Source of the DNA: Minisyncoccota bacterium
GTDB taxonomy: Bacteria > Patescibacteriota > Minisyncoccia > Phycocordibacterales > CAJBRS01
Direction: 5' to 3'
Length of the DNA: 64,000 nt
Assembly: GCA_035652395.1 (NCBI GenBank)
Contig: DASRDX010000009.1
Coordinates: 144,411-208,410 of the forward strand
Shown here: in pieces, positions 60,459-64,000 of the stretch
Layout of the letters: each line of letters begins with the position of its first letter
How positions within the stretch are numbered: the first letter of the stretch is position 1
Program-made: the position numbers and the translations under genes
The notes under the pieces: generated by a model
The model's database searches: none
Told to the model about the DNA's origin: nothing
What the model saw: only the letters and a program-made list of their open reading frames with translations

Positions 60459-61034
60459 ATGGCCAAAATTTTTATCCTACAGGGAAATCCGGACAACGAA
60501 AGCTTTTGCGGCTCTTTTGCTACCGCTTACGAGGAAGGCGCCAAAAGCGCTGGTCATGAAGTCCGCCGGATGAATATCGGGGAAATGCAGTTTGATCCAA
60601 TTCTTCACAAAGGATACAAAGTTATTCAAGCTCTTGAGCCGGATCTCCTACAAGTTCAGGAAGAGATGAAATGGGCTGATCACATTGTCATCCTTTATCC
60701 CATGTGGTGGTCTTCCATGCCGGCTTTGCTGAAAGGTATGTTTGACCGGATGTTTTTACCCGGCTTTGCTTATCACTTCAATAAGGACAATATGGGTTGG
60801 CACGGTCTGCTTCACGGCAAGTCGGCCCATGTTTTCATTACCATGGATAGCTGGCCAATGATTCAACGCATTCTTTTTGGGGATTCCACAAACGAAATCG
60901 GCCGTGCCATCCTTCGCTTCTCCGGCATTCATCCGGTTCGCATTAAAAAAATCGGACCGATGAAAGACATGTCGGCAGAACATATTGAGACGTGGAAGCA
61001 AAAAATTTATCAGCTAGGTCAAAACGCTAAATGA
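60459..61034 (+). CDS. NAD(P)H-dependent oxidoreductase (flavodoxin-2 family)
   Basis: PMWWSSMPALLKGMFDR motif. Confidence 0.9.
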   Translation: MAKIFILQGNPDNESFCGSFATAYEEGAKSAGHEVRRMNIGEMQFDPILHKGYKVIQALEPDLLQVQEEMKWADHIVILYPMWWSSMPALLKGMFDRMFLPGFAYHFNKDNMGWHGLLHGKSAHVFITMDSWPMIQRILFGDSTNEIGRAILRFSGIHPVRIKKIGPMKDMSAEHIETWKQKIYQLGQNAK

Positions 61035-61594
61035 AAATCTCTACCTTACAAAAAATTGCTTTGGGGCTAATAGCCATCTTAATTTTAATCGGCATTTTCT
61101 ATCTGGTGGCTCCAAAAAATCCAGTCCTGGCTCCGGCCGCTTCTTCAACAAAGCAGACTCTTCTTTCTGTGGATTCAAGTTCTACTCCAAGCGGCTCGGT
61201 TAAGCCGCTCTCAGGCGCTTCAGGAAGCGCTACTTTGCGCAGTCTGGTTTTCTCTAATCAAATTAAAAGATGTGATATTAGCGGTCTTAGCTCGTCCGGT
61301 TCCATCTCCGGCACACTTTATCTTTCTGGAAATAATTTGAGAGGAGATCTAGCTATTAACAGCAAAAGCAGTAACTTTAAAACAGCCATTCTTCGAACAG
61401 ACGGAGAAGTTTACCTTTGGACTGGAAATAGTGGAGTGAAAATGCCGGACAGTCTTTTCCAGACAGCCAAACAATCTGAAGGCGCTGCCGTTAATTTGGA
61501 TCAAAACTATACTTATAAATGCAGTGAGTGGACGATTGATCCTTTGAAATTCGCTATCCCCCAAGGCGTAACCTTCATGGATATTCATTCCTAG
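61031..61594 (+). CDS. Membrane-anchored exported protein; paralog of 22676-23383
   Basis: Shared motifs RGD, W-G--G-KM and VNLDQ---Y-C--W. Confidence 0.7.
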   Translation: MKISTLQKIALGLIAILILIGIFYLVAPKNPVLAPAASSTKQTLLSVDSSSTPSGSVKPLSGASGSATLRSLVFSNQIKRCDISGLSSSGSISGTLYLSGNNLRGDLAINSKSSNFKTAILRTDGEVYLWTGNSGVKMPDSLFQTAKQSEGAAVNLDQNYTYKCSEWTIDPLKFAIPQGVTFMDIHS

Positions 61595-62605
61595 CTAAGT
61601 CTGGGGCTTTGGAATATTAAACTGATGATTATCCACAACATCGTAGACAACACTCGATATGTTTCGAATCGCTGATTCGAAAATGGAATTATTAACTGTC
61701 GCATCTCCTTTAGTCATAACACAAAGCAAATAAGGATTGGTAGAATGATAGATAATACCGCAGTCATGGAGTTCTCGACGAGTGCCAGCCTGATCTTGAT
61801 ATTGGCCATATTTATGGGCGACAGTAATCCCGGCTGGTACACCTGCCACTAAACCACTATTAAAATCAGTAGAGGCCAAAAGCTCCAAAGCTCGTTCCGA
61901 GTAATCTTCATTTAAATAAGTGGAATTATACAAAAGTCTGAAAAAACGACCATAATCTTTGGCCGTAACTTGTAAGGAGGAATCTGGTAATGGGATATTT
62001 AAATCGACGAAGATCTGATCTAAAGTAGTTGTGCCAAGACTGGTTTCCAAAATATCATCGGCATCGTTATCCGATTTTTCAATCATAATTTTGATCAGAT
62101 CATTTATAGTGTAATAAGTGCCAGGAGTTAAGGTGTTAAAAGCTAAGCCTTTATTATCTAAAGGGCCACCTTCATATAGAATTTTCTGGTTCAGAATATT
62201 CGGTTTAGTTTCAGCCTCTTTAAACCAAGCTATCATCACTGGAACCTTATATAAACTGGCGGGGTCATATTGAGCTTCAGAATTAACAGTTGCCCAAATA
62301 CCGCTTTTCAGATCACGAAAATAAATGGAGATTGCCTCAAAACCGGAAGTATTCAGAGAATCGTAGCTGGCGAGCCTCAGATGATCTTCCAGTTGAAAAT
62401 CCTCGGTAGTAGGGGAATCAGCTGACAATAAAAACGGAGAGATTAATTTGTTCTTTGGATCTGATAAACGAATACTTTGAGAGACCGGCAATTGTCGAGG
62501 AAAAAAGAGAGGTAAAAGAAAAAAACCCATCAATAAACCCATTAGAAAAATCAGGATTCCGCTTAGAGCCATTAATTTTTTGGGACCTGACTTGCTCCCT
62601 GTCAT
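61595..62605 (-). CDS. Membrane-anchored serine hydrolase with class A beta-lactamase fold
   Basis: ASLYK, SDN, AHKYG and HDCGII motifs. Confidence 0.85.
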   Translation of the reverse strand: MTGSKSGPKKLMALSGILIFLMGLLMGFFLLPLFFPRQLPVSQSIRLSDPKNKLISPFLLSADSPTTEDFQLEDHLRLASYDSLNTSGFEAISIYFRDLKSGIWATVNSEAQYDPASLYKVPVMIAWFKEAETKPNILNQKILYEGGPLDNKGLAFNTLTPGTYYTINDLIKIMIEKSDNDADDILETSLGTTTLDQIFVDLNIPLPDSSLQVTAKDYGRFFRLLYNSTYLNEDYSERALELLASTDFNSGLVAGVPAGITVAHKYGQYQDQAGTRRELHDCGIIYHSTNPYLLCVMTKGDATVNNSIFESAIRNISSVVYDVVDNHQFNIPKPQT

Positions 62606-62659
62606 ATAAATATTTTATCATTTTTGCCTTTGTTAGGTCCTTAATATAGACTATGCAAC

Positions 62660-63475
62660 ATGTCTCTTTCTATTGGTATTGTCGGTCTGCCGAATGTCGG
62701 CAAGTCCACTCTCTTTAATGCTTTGACTAAAAAAGGGGTGCCGGCCGAGAATTATCCATTTTGTACCATTGATCCATCGGTCGGAATCGTACCGGTGCCG
62801 GATGAGCGCTTGGAGAAGCTTGCAGCGATGTCCAAATCCAAGAAGGTTATTCCGGCCGTGGTGGAATTCGTGGATATTGCCGGCCTGGTTAAAGGGGCGA
62901 GTGAAGGAGCCGGTCTCGGAAATAAATTTCTCTCCCATATTAGGGAAGTAGATGCCATTATTGAAGTGGTCAGAATTTTTGAGGATAAGGACATTCTGCA
63001 TGTTCATCAGAAAGTTGATCCGCTTTTTGATATTGAAATTATTAATCTGGAACTTGAGGCGGCCGGGATTAAAAAACCGACTCTGTATGTTTTGAATACT
63101 TCGGAGGCCAGTGAAAATCATCGAGAGATTATTTCTAAATTACCAGGTCCTTACATTGAAATCGATCCGATTTTTGGAACCGGTTTAGATAACCTGATTA
63201 AAGCCGGCTACGACCTTCTCGATCTTATTACTTTTCTTACAACAGGGGAGAAAGAAAGCCGCGCCTGGACTACTCCGCGCGGCTCGACCGCGCCTCAAGC
63301 CGGCGCGGCCATCCACTCCGACTTTCGCGACAAATTCATCCGTGCCGAAGTCATTCAATACGAGAAATTAATTGAAGCCGGCTCCTACGCCACCGCCCGC
63401 GCCAAAGGCTGGGTTCGTACAGAAGGGAAGGAGTATATCGTGCAAGACGGCGATGTTATAGAGTTTTTGATTTAA
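62660..63475 (+). CDS. ychF: YchF ATPase (internally shortened)
   Basis: GLPNVGKST, YPFCTIDP, DIAGLV and C-terminal TGS EGKEYIVQDGD. Confidence 0.93.
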   Translation: MSLSIGIVGLPNVGKSTLFNALTKKGVPAENYPFCTIDPSVGIVPVPDERLEKLAAMSKSKKVIPAVVEFVDIAGLVKGASEGAGLGNKFLSHIREVDAIIEVVRIFEDKDILHVHQKVDPLFDIEIINLELEAAGIKKPTLYVLNTSEASENHREIISKLPGPYIEIDPIFGTGLDNLIKAGYDLLDLITFLTTGEKESRAWTTPRGSTAPQAGAAIHSDFRDKFIRAEVIQYEKLIEAGSYATARAKGWVRTEGKEYIVQDGDVIEFLI

Positions 63476-63522
63476 CTTGACTTTTTTAAGAAGAGGTTTA
63501 ATTTCAAACCAGGAACTCTCAT

Positions 63523-63696
63523 ATGGAAAAAATGGTTCTCTACCTTATCGCGATCGTAACCGCCCTTTTCTTTATCGGTAAATTTCATCAATTTTCAGAT
63601 GAACCTCCGGAATCTAACACTTCGCCCCCCAAATCAGTGGTGATTGACACTGGAGAGAAGATGGCAAAAAATAGCAATGTTTTAACTTTCAAGTAA
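63523..63696 (+). CDS. 57-aa single-TM peptide (not in the ORF track)
   Basis: TTGACT promoter, AGGA RBS, MEKMVLYLIAIVTALFFIG...; hairpin after the stop. Confidence 0.55.
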   Translation: MEKMVLYLIAIVTALFFIGKFHQFSDEPPESNTSPPKSVVIDTGEKMAKNSNVLTFK

Positions 63697-63757
63697 GCCC
63701 GATTAGTAATAGTCGAGGCTTTTTAATTTCCACTATCTGTGGCAAAATAAAAGTATT

Positions 63758-64000
63758 ATGGAACCAAACAATCGACAGTCCCGCGTCTTAAAGTGGTCAA
63801 TTATTATTGGTATCGTTATTGTCTTAAACCTCTTTTTTAATTATTCTCTGTCTCTTTTCTACAAAGCGCCCGATCGAGAAAGTTATTGTCCGAACCCGCA
63901 GGTTAATATCGCTCCCGCCACTCGCGACCAGTGTGTTGCAAAGGGAGGACAATGGACAGAAAACGTCACGCCTCAACCCGTCAATTCTCCGGCCAAAATA
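63758..64000 (+). CDS. Membrane protein, partial (runs off the window)
   Basis: MEPNNRQSRVLKWSIIIGIVIVLNLFF...CVAKGGQW. Confidence 0.65.
   Translation, partial: MEPNNRQSRVLKWSIIIGIVIVLNLFFNYSLSLFYKAPDRESYCPNPQVNIAPATRDQCVAKGGQWTENVTPQPVNSPAKI

Overview
Gene-dense chromosome segment that looks like Patescibacteria/CPR (Parcubacteria-like). This is inferred from gene content, domain-trimmed core proteins and widespread leaderless starts. Housekeeping genes include miaA, parB, topA-dprA, serS, dus, dnaX, tgt, a complete F1Fo ATP synthase operon, uvrB/uvrA/uvrC, ddl, mltG, zwf, ychF and three tRNAs (Leu-CAA, Gln-TTG, Ala-TGC). A roughly 17 kb block (16.5-33.6 kb) encodes secreted and membrane proteins, and many small ORFan units carry their own promoter and terminator. 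The most striking signal is a ~110-120 bp non-coding element present twice, after the 3' ends of tRNA-Leu and topA. Each copy has a GCAAACTGCTTTGC hairpin, a segment antisense to its own host gene, shared motifs and a TTGTG(A/G)C end. Each is followed by a duplicate of the host gene's 3' end that starts at the same register within the antisense-matched site. Other leads: a candidate ECF-sigma regulon (TGTAAG-N16-CG), structured ncRNA candidates, a membrane-anchored MsrB lacking its catalytic Cys, a zeta-carbonic-anhydrase-like ORFan and an ATPase-TOPRIM defence candidate beside tRNA-Ala. All calls come from reading motifs by eye; no searches were run.
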